From a virus, in the IMG/VR virus record IMGVR_UViG_3300010002_000004: DNA of 64,000 nucleotides; one strand, written 5' to 3'. A program made the translations under genes and the position numbers. Position 1 is the stretch's first letter, and the number at the start of each line of letters is the position of its first letter. The notes beneath the pieces are model-generated. The model ran no database searches and was not told the DNA's origin. It saw only the letters and a list, made by a program, of their open reading frames with translations. Below, piece after piece: positions 19,181 through 27,700 of this stretch.

Positions 19181-19960
19181 ATGAAATCCAAAGTGACATT
19201 ACGCCAACAACTTGCGGGGAAAATGAATTCCCTGTTTATGACGGCATACGCAGAAGAAAACCCAACACCGACTGAGCCAACTACAACACCTACTGAGCCA
19301 CAAGCAACAGAGCCGACTGAACCGACACCCGTCACTCCCGCTACTCCTAGTAACGAGGGATTCGAAACACTTATCGCACGAGCACGAAAAGAGGAACGTG
19401 ACAAACTGTACGGTGAAATCACGAAGCTGAAACAAGACCGGGAGAACTTGACGAACGTCAATGTTGACCTCAACAAAGAAATCTCGGGATTGAAGGCTGA
19501 CCTTTCAACTGCGGAGAAGAAGGTAGAATCTCTTGAGGAAGAAGCGAAGAGTGGGACGAAGAGTAATCGTACCGTCGTGGAACTCCAAGGGGAAGTGCGA
19601 AAGCTGAAAGCGGACTTGAAAAAAGCTGAGACGGAGAAAGAGAAAGAAGTCTCTCGTATCTCGTTGGAGAATCACCGGGAAGTTGCCTTGCTCAAAGCAC
19701 AAGCTGAGGGAGCGGGAATCATTCCGGAACTCATCACGGGTAATACGAAAGAGGAAATCGACGCTTCTATCGAAAGCTCTAAAGCCCGTTACCAGGAAAT
19801 CACCGCTCAAGCGGTTCGACCATCTAACAACACAAACCCGTTCACGATGCCACGAGCGACGCAGTCTGGTTCTAACCCGGCTCAACAATCGTTCAAGGAT
19901 GTCGCAAACATGTCTCCGGCTGAATTTGCAGAGTACCGCAAGGAAATCGGACTTAAATAA
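19181..19960 (+). CDS. capsid scaffolding protein
   Basis: Coiled coil, P/T-rich N-region, C-terminal MSPAEFAEYRK; immediately precedes the MCP. Confidence 0.8.
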   Translation: MKSKVTLRQQLAGKMNSLFMTAYAEENPTPTEPTTTPTEPQATEPTEPTPVTPATPSNEGFETLIARARKEERDKLYGEITKLKQDRENLTNVNVDLNKEISGLKADLSTAEKKVESLEEEAKSGTKSNRTVVELQGEVRKLKADLKKAETEKEKEVSRISLENHREVALLKAQAEGAGIIPELITGNTKEEIDASIESSKARYQEITAQAVRPSNNTNPFTMPRATQSGSNPAQQSFKDVANMSPAEFAEYRKEIGLK

Positions 19961-19994
19961 AATCATCTAGTACATACACAGGAGGAATACACAA

Positions 19995-21059
19995 ATGACT
20001 ATCAAGGCAACTGCAAAACGTTCTCTCATCCGTTCACTCTTTATGACGGCACACGCTGAGAGCTTTATGAACACAGTAACACGAGCTACGGGAACAGCAC
20101 TTACAGGTGGGGAAGCTGTCAAATTAGACGACCACGTCCGTCAAGTGTATTCGAAAGAAATCGAATTCAAAGCACTTCCTATCATGCGTTTCCTCCAGTT
20201 TGCGAAAGAGAAAACAGAGCTCGGAACTGAGCCAGGTCTCTCTATCAAAATGCTTACATACAACAACCTCAAACGTGGGGGTAAATTGCAAGAGGGCGTT
20301 CGTCTTGGAACTCAAGCACTCTCAAGCTCGATGCGCTCAATCGAAGTTGGGGAACGTGGTAACGCTGTTGCCGTTTCTGAACTTTCACTTAAAACATCTT
20401 TCACTGACATCATGGCAGATGCTTCTACGCTTCTCGCTCGTGACGTCGCTATCGTTCTCGACATCGAGTTCCGTGACACTGTTTTAGCAGGAATCACAAA
20501 CACGATTTACGGACGTGCTGACAAGAACGCTCCTAAAGTCGATTCTCGTGCTGAGATTGCGGCTTCAAACACACTGTCTGTTGCAACTGTCAAGGATGCT
20601 GTTGAAATCCTCGCTACTGCAAACGCTCCGAAGTTCGAAGCAGACTACTACGTCGCTTTCGTACACCCGCACCAATCACGTTCACTCCGTGACGACAATG
20701 CGTGGATTGAAGCATCTAAGTACGGTGCTCCAGACCAATTGTTCAACGGGGAAATCGGACGTATCGACGATGTTCGTTTCATCGAAACTACTTTGATGAC
20801 AAACGGAGCTGTCGGTTCTGACGACGACGCTTACGATGCAACGTTGAAAAACGGAGCAGGAACGACTCCTAACCTAGTTGACGTTTACCGTTCTGTTATT
20901 TTCGGGGAAGACACATACGGCTACGCAGTCGGACTTCCAGTCGAGCTCCGTGACAATGGAGTAGTCGATTTCGGACGTGAACACTCACTCGCTTGGTACG
21001 CTATCTGGGGCGTTGGGATGCTTCACGAAGACCGTGGCGTCGTTATCGAAACTGCATAA
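19995..21059 (+). CDS. major capsid protein (N4-gp56-like family)
   Basis: YVAFVHP.Q...LR, GEIG.I..VRFIET, DFGR...AWY; optimized codon use. Confidence 0.9.
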   Translation: MTIKATAKRSLIRSLFMTAHAESFMNTVTRATGTALTGGEAVKLDDHVRQVYSKEIEFKALPIMRFLQFAKEKTELGTEPGLSIKMLTYNNLKRGGKLQEGVRLGTQALSSSMRSIEVGERGNAVAVSELSLKTSFTDIMADASTLLARDVAIVLDIEFRDTVLAGITNTIYGRADKNAPKVDSRAEIAASNTLSVATVKDAVEILATANAPKFEADYYVAFVHPHQSRSLRDDNAWIEASKYGAPDQLFNGEIGRIDDVRFIETTLMTNGAVGSDDDAYDATLKNGAGTTPNLVDVYRSVIFGEDTYGYAVGLPVELRDNGVVDFGREHSLAWYAIWGVGMLHEDRGVVIETA

Positions 21060-21076
21060 TCAAAATAACCTAAACC

Positions 21077-21121
21077 AAGGGGGACTGACTCGGATTGCTC
21101 ATCGAGCAGTTTCCCCTTTTT
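21077..21121 (+). terminator. terminator after MCP
   Basis: AAGGGGGACTG.../...CAGTTTCCCCTTTT hairpin. Confidence 0.65.
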
Positions 21122-21141
21122 AATTTGAGGAGGAAACCAAC

Positions 21142-21528
21142 ATGGCAGGATTACGAAAAACAGCACCTAAGAAAGTCGCTCCGAAGAAGGAAGCAGAATT
21201 AGGCGCAGAAGACAAGACGGAAGAAGCTCAAGCTGATGAAGTAGAAACGGCAATCGAGCAGGAGCAAGAAATCAAGAAAGCGGAAGACAAGCAAGTCGAA
21301 GAAGCAGGGGAAGACGCTCCCGAGGAATCTCCGAAGGAACAGAAGAAGGAAATCTCTCAAGCGGACGCTAAACCAAAAGGGGAACCGATGGTGAAAGTGA
21401 AGCTCAAGCGGGAAATCCGTACTGTAATCGGCTCTAAGTTCTATTCGTTCCGTGCAGGGGAAGTCACTACTGTCCCACGTAACGTGAAGGACATTCTCAT
21501 GCGAGCAGGATACCTGGAAGTCATTTAA
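21142..21528 (+). CDS. hypothetical virion-associated protein
   Basis: RBS GAGGAGG; low-complexity N-part, compact C-domain. Confidence 0.7.
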   Translation: MAGLRKTAPKKVAPKKEAELGAEDKTEEAQADEVETAIEQEQEIKKAEDKQVEEAGEDAPEESPKEQKKEISQADAKPKGEPMVKVKLKREIRTVIGSKFYSFRAGEVTTVPRNVKDILMRAGYLEVI

Positions 21529-21546
21529 TTAGAGGGGGAACGGGGA

Positions 21547-22335
21547 ATGGCGTTAAATATACTCAATCCAACTGAACAGAAACGTGTTGACTATTTACGC
21601 AATTCCCTCGTCCTTAAAAGTCCGGATGTCGAAAATGACCCGGCTTTTAAATTTACGGACGGGGATTTGTTGTACATATTAGAAATTGCCACCACCACGC
21701 ATAGCCCGAAACATACTGCATCCGATTTACCCGAAACGGAATTTGGATTCGCTGTCCTACTCGCCCGGAAGGAAGTCTACTGGAGACTCGCCCATGCGAC
21801 CGCTCCATTCTACCCTCTCGAAGCGGAAGGGGCATCTCTGAAAAAGAACGTTCGTTTTGACCATTACTTTGCGCTCCTCAAGTATGTCGATGAGAGCTAC
21901 GAAAAGATGCTCAAGGCACGGGAAGAAGCGGACAGTCAGACGGGGAACGGAGTCTTTTCTGTCGAGCTCTATACGTCCACTCGTGCTCACACGTTGCGGA
22001 ACCGATTAGGACTTGCGATAGGGACGAAAGTCACCGTCATGGCTATCGGAGAGAATACGTTAGACATCTCGTGGGAAGTTCCGGACACGGGTAATTTTTA
22101 TGACTACCTCCTGTACGTCGATACATCGTCCATATACGACCCATATGAGGACGTTCAGATTCGAGAGGATGCGAAACCTGTCTTTCAGTCTTACGACCGC
22201 CTACGGACGAAGTATCGTGTCAAGGGACTCGTTCCAGGTACGGAATACTTTGTTTGTATCGTCGCCCGGATGCGGAACGGGAGAAATGCGTTCGACCAAG
22301 TGACGACGAAGACGAGTGAGTTGGTGAGTCCATGA
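21547..22335 (+). CDS. head-tail adaptor with C-terminal fibronectin type III domain
   Basis: Position; ISW...Y.VKGLVPGTEY Fn3 signature. Confidence 0.65.
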   Translation: MALNILNPTEQKRVDYLRNSLVLKSPDVENDPAFKFTDGDLLYILEIATTTHSPKHTASDLPETEFGFAVLLARKEVYWRLAHATAPFYPLEAEGASLKKNVRFDHYFALLKYVDESYEKMLKAREEADSQTGNGVFSVELYTSTRAHTLRNRLGLAIGTKVTVMAIGENTLDISWEVPDTGNFYDYLLYVDTSSIYDPYEDVQIREDAKPVFQSYDRLRTKYRVKGLVPGTEYFVCIVARMRNGRNAFDQVTTKTSELVSP

Positions 22336-22790
22336 TACAGTCAGAGATTGATGAAATTTCCGAAGCGTTTATGGACGCCTGGGAGGAATATTTCGGGCAA
22401 ATGTTGTATTATGTGCCATTCGATGAAATTTCTACAAAAAATAATGCTCACCCCCTCTATCGGGATGTTCAGAAAAAGGGTAAGATTTATCTATGGGATG
22501 ACATGAAGTCGTTCCACGGGACGTTAAAGTCCGAAGAGGTCGAAGAAAAAGGGGACATGTTCGGGAAGGACGAGGACGTTGTTTACAATGTCACGCTCAT
22601 CACGAAAGAGCTCCGGGACAAAGGAATCCTCAATATCGACAAGGAAGCGTTTATCTACTTAGTTGACCGGGACGGCGCTAACCACGTCTTCAATATTACC
22701 GCTATGAACCAGAAAGTACAGTTCGGGGATAATAAGGTCTTTACGAAGTTAGAAGTGCGACGAGTCGGGAGCAAGGAGGACTTTATCTAA
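22332..22790 (+). CDS. putative head closure protein
   Basis: Synteny in the neck region. Confidence 0.5.
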   Translation: MIQSEIDEISEAFMDAWEEYFGQMLYYVPFDEISTKNNAHPLYRDVQKKGKIYLWDDMKSFHGTLKSEEVEEKGDMFGKDEDVVYNVTLITKELRDKGILNIDKEAFIYLVDRDGANHVFNITAMNQKVQFGDNKVFTKLEVRRVGSKEDFI

Positions 22791-23269
22791 TGATTCGAAT
22801 GAGTGCGGAAGTGACCGGAGACTGGGACGAGGCTTTCCAACGTCTGAATAAGATGCGGAATGACCGGGAACAGCTTTTCCGGATTGCGGAGGAAATTGCT
22901 GAGATAGTGGCGGGAAAAGTTAGGGAGTACATAAAAACACAAGCTATTGACCTCACCCCTATCTCGAAGAGCCCGAGCAACGACCAAGACCCTCGAATTC
23001 TCATCGAGAGCGGAACCTACGTCAACTCAATAGACGTTCAAAGCGTCGAGGAGATGGGGAACTTCATCGAGTGTACCGTTTCCGTCGGAAGTGGGATGAC
23101 GGCAGACGGGGAAATGTCCCTCCAACAACTTGCTTTCAAACTGGAGTATGGGGAAGGACGGATTCCTGGTAACATGCCTTTCCACAAGTCGTGGGAAATG
23201 ATGCGGGGAGAAATTAACAGTATGGCACGGGAAAGAATCCTTGCAATACTCAAGGAGGACGTATCGTGA
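22790..23269 (+). CDS. putative neck/tail completion protein (HK97 gp10-like)
   Basis: LIESG...NSI, LEYG..RIP..PF. Confidence 0.6.
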   Translation: MIRMSAEVTGDWDEAFQRLNKMRNDREQLFRIAEEIAEIVAGKVREYIKTQAIDLTPISKSPSNDQDPRILIESGTYVNSIDVQSVEEMGNFIECTVSVGSGMTADGEMSLQQLAFKLEYGEGRIPGNMPFHKSWEMMRGEINSMARERILAILKEDVS

Positions 23270-23901
23270 GAAGCATACCGACTGACCCGATTGAGTTTAT
23301 CCTTAGTGTCGAGGAAGTAGACCTAGCGATAGCCGAGGTATTGAGCACTTGCATCATCAACTCTAAGTCAGTGCCGGTTCATTATTTTATGCCGGATATT
23401 GACCTGGACGAAAAGGAACCTCCGATGATTGTCTTTTATCGGAGCGGGACGTACCCGGACGGGAGCCGTTACCAGAACGAACGGATTAAGGACAATGCCG
23501 TATACAGCGAACAGGGAAATTTACTTTCCTTTGACGTTCGGGATTTCCCCGTTCCGCAGAACATCTCGTACCAGGTAAGAACCGTGTACAAAACCCATAT
23601 CGAGGGTGTACAGTTCCAAGCCTACTTTGCTCGCACTCTCCCACGAGAGTTCTTCATCACCATCAAGGGAATCAACTACCGGGTAGATAACATCGACCAA
23701 GTAGGGGGACGCTATTCGTCGAAAGTAGGGGGAAGCTATGTAGGTTCTCAGTACAAGAATTTCGGGAAGATGGATGAAGGGGAACGGGAGTTTGGAGATA
23801 TATTTAATTATCGAGTGGAAATCTACCAGGACATTCACGAGCGTACGACAGTCAAGACCGCAAGAGAAATCCTAGTATCCGTCGAAAATAAGGAGGAATA
23901 G
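23266..23901 (+). CDS. putative tail terminator
   Basis: Synteny upstream of the sheath. Confidence 0.5.
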   Translation: MRSIPTDPIEFILSVEEVDLAIAEVLSTCIINSKSVPVHYFMPDIDLDEKEPPMIVFYRSGTYPDGSRYQNERIKDNAVYSEQGNLLSFDVRDFPVPQNISYQVRTVYKTHIEGVQFQAYFARTLPREFFITIKGINYRVDNIDQVGGRYSSKVGGSYVGSQYKNFGKMDEGEREFGDIFNYRVEIYQDIHERTTVKTAREILVSVENKEE

Positions 23902-23903
23902 CG

Positions 23904-24077
23904 ATGTATAAAGTCAAGAATCGTATGTCAATGATGTTGACGGTGAACATTCCGGAAGAAAATGCGTTATACTTTATGAGTCGAGAGGTTAAGGAATTGA
24001 CAGAAAATCAATTCAACGCTCCCGAAACTCAAGCGTATATCGCATACGGAGCTCTCATCGTACTTTCAGTATCATAA
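23904..24077 (+). CDS. 57-aa hypothetical protein, not in the ORF track
   Basis: RBS AAGGAGG; MYKVKNRM...LIVLSVS. Confidence 0.6.
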   Translation: MYKVKNRMSMMLTVNIPEENALYFMSREVKELTENQFNAPETQAYIAYGALIVLSVS

Positions 24078-24099
24078 TCAAAGAGGAGGACAATAACTC

Positions 24100-25518
24100 A
24101 TGGAAACTTTATTCCCAGGGATTTACCGACAAGAAGTAAAAGGGCAACCACCTACCGAGGGAGTTTCGACTTCTGTCGCAGGATTCGTCGGGATTTCAGA
24201 ACGAGGCCCAGTTGGACAACCTTCTTACGTTACATCGTTTGACGAGTTCAAAGCGATTTACGGAGGATACTTAGTTAACTCGATGCTCGCATACGCTGTT
24301 AACGGATATTTTGAGAACGGGGGGAGCCGAGCGTTTATCTCTCGTGCTGTTCATTACACGAATGGCAATCCTACCGCTACTAAAGCATCTGTAAATGTGG
24401 GAGCTGTCGATTCGTACTACCTCATCGTGGACGCATTGTACCCAGGCGCTTACGGGAACAAGTTGTCGTTCAAGATTGAGAACTACAACAACACGAAAAA
24501 GACATTCGATGCTCGTGTCCTAGAATCGGGAATCGAGAAAGAAGTCTATAAAGGCGTTACGCTTGCGAACATCGAAGCCTACATCAACGGGAAATCGAAA
24601 TACGTTGACGTCATGGTTATGGATGAAGAGCTTGCCGTATCGAACACGACTGTAACACTCGCAGGGGGAGAAGATGGAGTTTCGACAGTCGATGCAACCG
24701 ACTACGAACTTTCCCTCAAAGCATTTGACAACGTGGACGTGAAACTTCTTGCTATCCCAGGAGTCACGGATGATGCGATTAAGGTCAAAGCTATCGTCTA
24801 CGCTCACAAGAAACATGCTACCCTTTCGACTGTACCGAATTTCGCCCTTAAACCTGCGGACTTTGTGACGCTGTTCGAAACGACACCGACAATCGACGAA
24901 CGCCACTTCCTCTATTTCGGAGCGTGGGGGAAAGTATCTGACCCTATCGGAGTCGGTAAAAACCCTACGAAAGTTTGTTCTCTCGAAGGACACATCCTCG
25001 GAATGATTGCCCGGACGGATGCAGAACGTGGAGTACATAAAACACCTGCGGGAGTCGAAGCTAAACTCCGTGGTGTGACAGAGCTTCTCTATTCTGTCAA
25101 CGATGACGAGCAAGCACTTCTCAACCCGATTGGCGTCAACGCTGTCCGAGTCAAACCTGGACACGGAATCGTCGTTTGGGGAGGACGTACTACGGACGTC
25201 GCAGGAGACTTCCGCTATACGACTGACCGTCGTGTTGCTGACTTTGTAGAAGACTCAATCATCAATGGAGCGGATTGGACAGTGTTCGAGCCGAACGACC
25301 AGGACTTGTATGACAAAATCATCTCTACTGGTTCAGAGTTCCTCCGTGGATTCTGGCGTTCTGGGGGACTTGCAGGAGCGACGGAAGAAGAAGCCTTCTT
25401 CATCAAAGTTGCCCCGACGGATGCAGAAATCGAAGCGGGACAAGTTCCTGTTAGTATCGGTATCGCTCGTCGCAAGCCGTCCGAGTTTATTATCTTCAAC
25501 TTCACGATGATTCGCTAA
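24100..25518 (+). CDS. contractile tail sheath protein
   Basis: PGIY.QE, GFVG..ERGP, YFENGG, RTD..RGVHK.PA, LNP.GVN, VWG.RT, VFEPN, KP.EFI. Confidence 0.95.
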   Translation: METLFPGIYRQEVKGQPPTEGVSTSVAGFVGISERGPVGQPSYVTSFDEFKAIYGGYLVNSMLAYAVNGYFENGGSRAFISRAVHYTNGNPTATKASVNVGAVDSYYLIVDALYPGAYGNKLSFKIENYNNTKKTFDARVLESGIEKEVYKGVTLANIEAYINGKSKYVDVMVMDEELAVSNTTVTLAGGEDGVSTVDATDYELSLKAFDNVDVKLLAIPGVTDDAIKVKAIVYAHKKHATLSTVPNFALKPADFVTLFETTPTIDERHFLYFGAWGKVSDPIGVGKNPTKVCSLEGHILGMIARTDAERGVHKTPAGVEAKLRGVTELLYSVNDDEQALLNPIGVNAVRVKPGHGIVVWGGRTTDVAGDFRYTTDRRVADFVEDSIINGADWTVFEPNDQDLYDKIISTGSEFLRGFWRSGGLAGATEEEAFFIKVAPTDAEIEAGQVPVSIGIARRKPSEFIIFNFTMIR

Positions 25519-25541
25519 GAAGAAAGGGAGGGAATACCCCA

Positions 25542-26090
25542 ATGGAAAACCAAAAAGTCTCATTGTTTATGACAGCTCACGGAGCAAGTGGTCAGAAGTT
25601 CGCTTCTTCTGAGCGTCACGACCCGCTCCGTAACTTTAACTACCGTGTCACGATTTCGGGTAAGAAGAACTTTGCCCGTGCCGGATTCCAGAAAGTAACC
25701 GGACTGAAAATCAAGACGGACGTCATCGAGTATCGTGATGGGGACGACGAACAGTTGAACCCTCATAAACTAGCAGGTCTCGTCAAGTCTGACCCGATTA
25801 CGTTAGAGCGGGGGATGTCAGAAGACGTCGATATGTGGAGTTGGATTGTTCAACAAATCAAGTCGAACGACGACGGTCACAAATGTACCGTCAAGATTGA
25901 ACTTCTCGACCGAGCTCGTAATGGAGCAAGAGCGTGGGAACTCCGTGAATGTTGGATTTCCGACTACGAAACTGGAGATTTCGATGCACAAGGGAACGGA
26001 ATCGCCCTTGACCGGATGGTTATCCAACATGAGGGAATCAAGCTCTTGAACGGAAGCTATAAAGGTCAAGTTTCGGGAACAGTCGAATAA
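25542..26090 (+). CDS. tail tube protein (T4 gp19-like)
   Basis: DPLRNFNY.V, GFQKVTGL, EYRDG, ITLERG. Confidence 0.9.
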   Translation: MENQKVSLFMTAHGASGQKFASSERHDPLRNFNYRVTISGKKNFARAGFQKVTGLKIKTDVIEYRDGDDEQLNPHKLAGLVKSDPITLERGMSEDVDMWSWIVQQIKSNDDGHKCTVKIELLDRARNGARAWELRECWISDYETGDFDAQGNGIALDRMVIQHEGIKLLNGSYKGQVSGTVE

Positions 26091-26096
26091 TAGATG

Positions 26097-26126
26097 GGGG
26101 AGGGGAGAATTCCCCTTCCTCTTTTT
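26097..26126 (+). terminator. terminator after tube gene
   Basis: GGGGAGGGGA/TCCCCTTCCT stem plus T-run. Confidence 0.7.
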
Positions 26127-26143
26127 ATTGAGGAGGGAAAGAG

Positions 26144-26659
26144 ATGCAGAGATTCAAGAAGAGTCCCCAACGCCACGAGCCGTTGACGAACTACCGCTAC
26201 TCCGTCCATATCTATACGTCGGGGGAGAACTTCATCCGATTAGGCTTCAACCATGTGACCGGACTCAAGACAAAAATCGAGACGGAGCGGAGAAAAGAGC
26301 TTGGTAATATCGGGGGGAGAAACGTACCGACCGGAATTACCTTAGAGGACGTCGTCCTGTCGAACGGGATGGGGGAAGACCAACAACTGATTGACTACTA
26401 CACTCGCCAGATGAAGAACGGGGTCATCACGCTTAAACCATTCTCGAAAGTCGTCATCCGTCTCCATGACCGTGCGAACAATCCACGGATGGCATGGACG
26501 CTCCATGGATGCTGTGTCGTCGGGATGGACTGGAGTGACCTGGATGGATTGAGTGCGGAAGTCTTGCTCCAGAACACGATTCTCCAGTATGACTGGTTCA
26601 CTTTCAATGACGACTACGATTACAAGGGAGCGACCCGAAAAGGGAATATCTACATTTAG
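26144..26659 (+). CDS. second tail tube-like protein
   Basis: RHEPLTNYRY, GF..VTGL, V.L..G; paralog of the 25542 gene. Confidence 0.8.
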   Translation: MQRFKKSPQRHEPLTNYRYSVHIYTSGENFIRLGFNHVTGLKTKIETERRKELGNIGGRNVPTGITLEDVVLSNGMGEDQQLIDYYTRQMKNGVITLKPFSKVVIRLHDRANNPRMAWTLHGCCVVGMDWSDLDGLSAEVLLQNTILQYDWFTFNDDYDYKGATRKGNIYI

Positions 26660-26688
26660 TAGACAAGTGGTAAAAGTCAAACTATAAT
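26660..26688 (+). promoter_or_regulatory. sigmaA-like promoter
   Basis: TAGACA-N17-TATAAT. Confidence 0.65.
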
Positions 26689-26720
26689 GTGTATATACCA
26701 TATAAGGAGGAATTTACATC

Positions 26721-27488
26721 ATGCCAACTAACGAGCCAACCATCAAACCACTTCCGGAGGGGACGTTTCAACTTCCAATCGGATTCACTGAACCAAACGG
26801 CACTGTACATAAGACATTCTCGCTCAAGCCGATGACAGGTCGTGTTGAGGAAGCCATGTCGGACAAGAAAATCCGCACGAATATGGGAGCTATCGTTACT
26901 GCCCTCATTCACGGAGTCATCGAAATGGATTCCCTGGGACGTAAGTTCACGAAACTGGATGCGAAGGGACTCAAGAACCCCGACCGTGATTTCATCATCT
27001 ACCAGAACTATCTGAATTCCATCGGGGAAACTGCTGAGTGGCAAGAGAAGTGTCCTGCTTGCGGAGAAATCCACAACTTGTCGGTAGACATGAGTGGACT
27101 CGAAGTCACGTACCTTGAGGATAACGACCCACAAGAGTTTAAAGTTACTCTACCTCATGGCGTTGAGGATTCAGAGGGGAAACTCCACAAGGAACTTACG
27201 CTTTCGATTCCGGACGGATTCGCACAGGAGCTCTTCATCAAGGAACTCCAGGAGAACCCGGCACGAGCTGTCTCAACTCTTATGAGCCAGACGACGGAGA
27301 ACATCGAGGGAATGGCTTCTTGGAATGTAGACCACTTCCGAGACTTGAGCAAGAAAGACCGGAACATCGTCCAGAAAGCGTTCACGCAGATTGAGGCGGG
27401 AGTCAATTTCGACGTTGCAACGGAGTGTCCACATTGCTCGCATGAGTACGGGACACAGGTTCCAATCAATCAACTCATGGGGGAGTAA
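26721..27488 (+). CDS. tail assembly chaperone / T4 gp26-like baseplate hub assembly protein
   Basis: Duplicated LP.G...DR...CP.C halves; lies before the tape measure gene. Confidence 0.7.
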   Translation: MPTNEPTIKPLPEGTFQLPIGFTEPNGTVHKTFSLKPMTGRVEEAMSDKKIRTNMGAIVTALIHGVIEMDSLGRKFTKLDAKGLKNPDRDFIIYQNYLNSIGETAEWQEKCPACGEIHNLSVDMSGLEVTYLEDNDPQEFKVTLPHGVEDSEGKLHKELTLSIPDGFAQELFIKELQENPARAVSTLMSQTTENIEGMASWNVDHFRDLSKKDRNIVQKAFTQIEAGVNFDVATECPHCSHEYGTQVPINQLMGE

Positions 27489-27670
27489 TATCCCTAGAGA
27501 GTCTATATGAGGAAGTACACGTCATTGCACTCTATTACCACTGGGGGGAGGATATTATCCTCTCCCTTTCTTCTGCTAAACGGGAAATGTACTACGAAAA
27601 AGTGGTTGCGTATGCCAATAAGAAGAACCAGAATCCGGATGAAGAGTCGATGGAAGACCACCTCGCATAG
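27479..27670 (+). CDS. -1 frame extension of the tail chaperone (gpGT-like)
   Basis: Frame reads LYEEVHVIALYYHWGEDIILSL...R; no ATG/GTG/TTG precedes this motif; entered via G GGG GAG TAA. Confidence 0.65.
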   Translation, partial: GGVISLESLYEEVHVIALYYHWGEDIILSLSSAKREMYYEKVVAYANKKNQNPDEESMEDHLA

Positions 27671-27700
27671 AATCTCTAGGGAACGAGAGGAGATGGAAAG

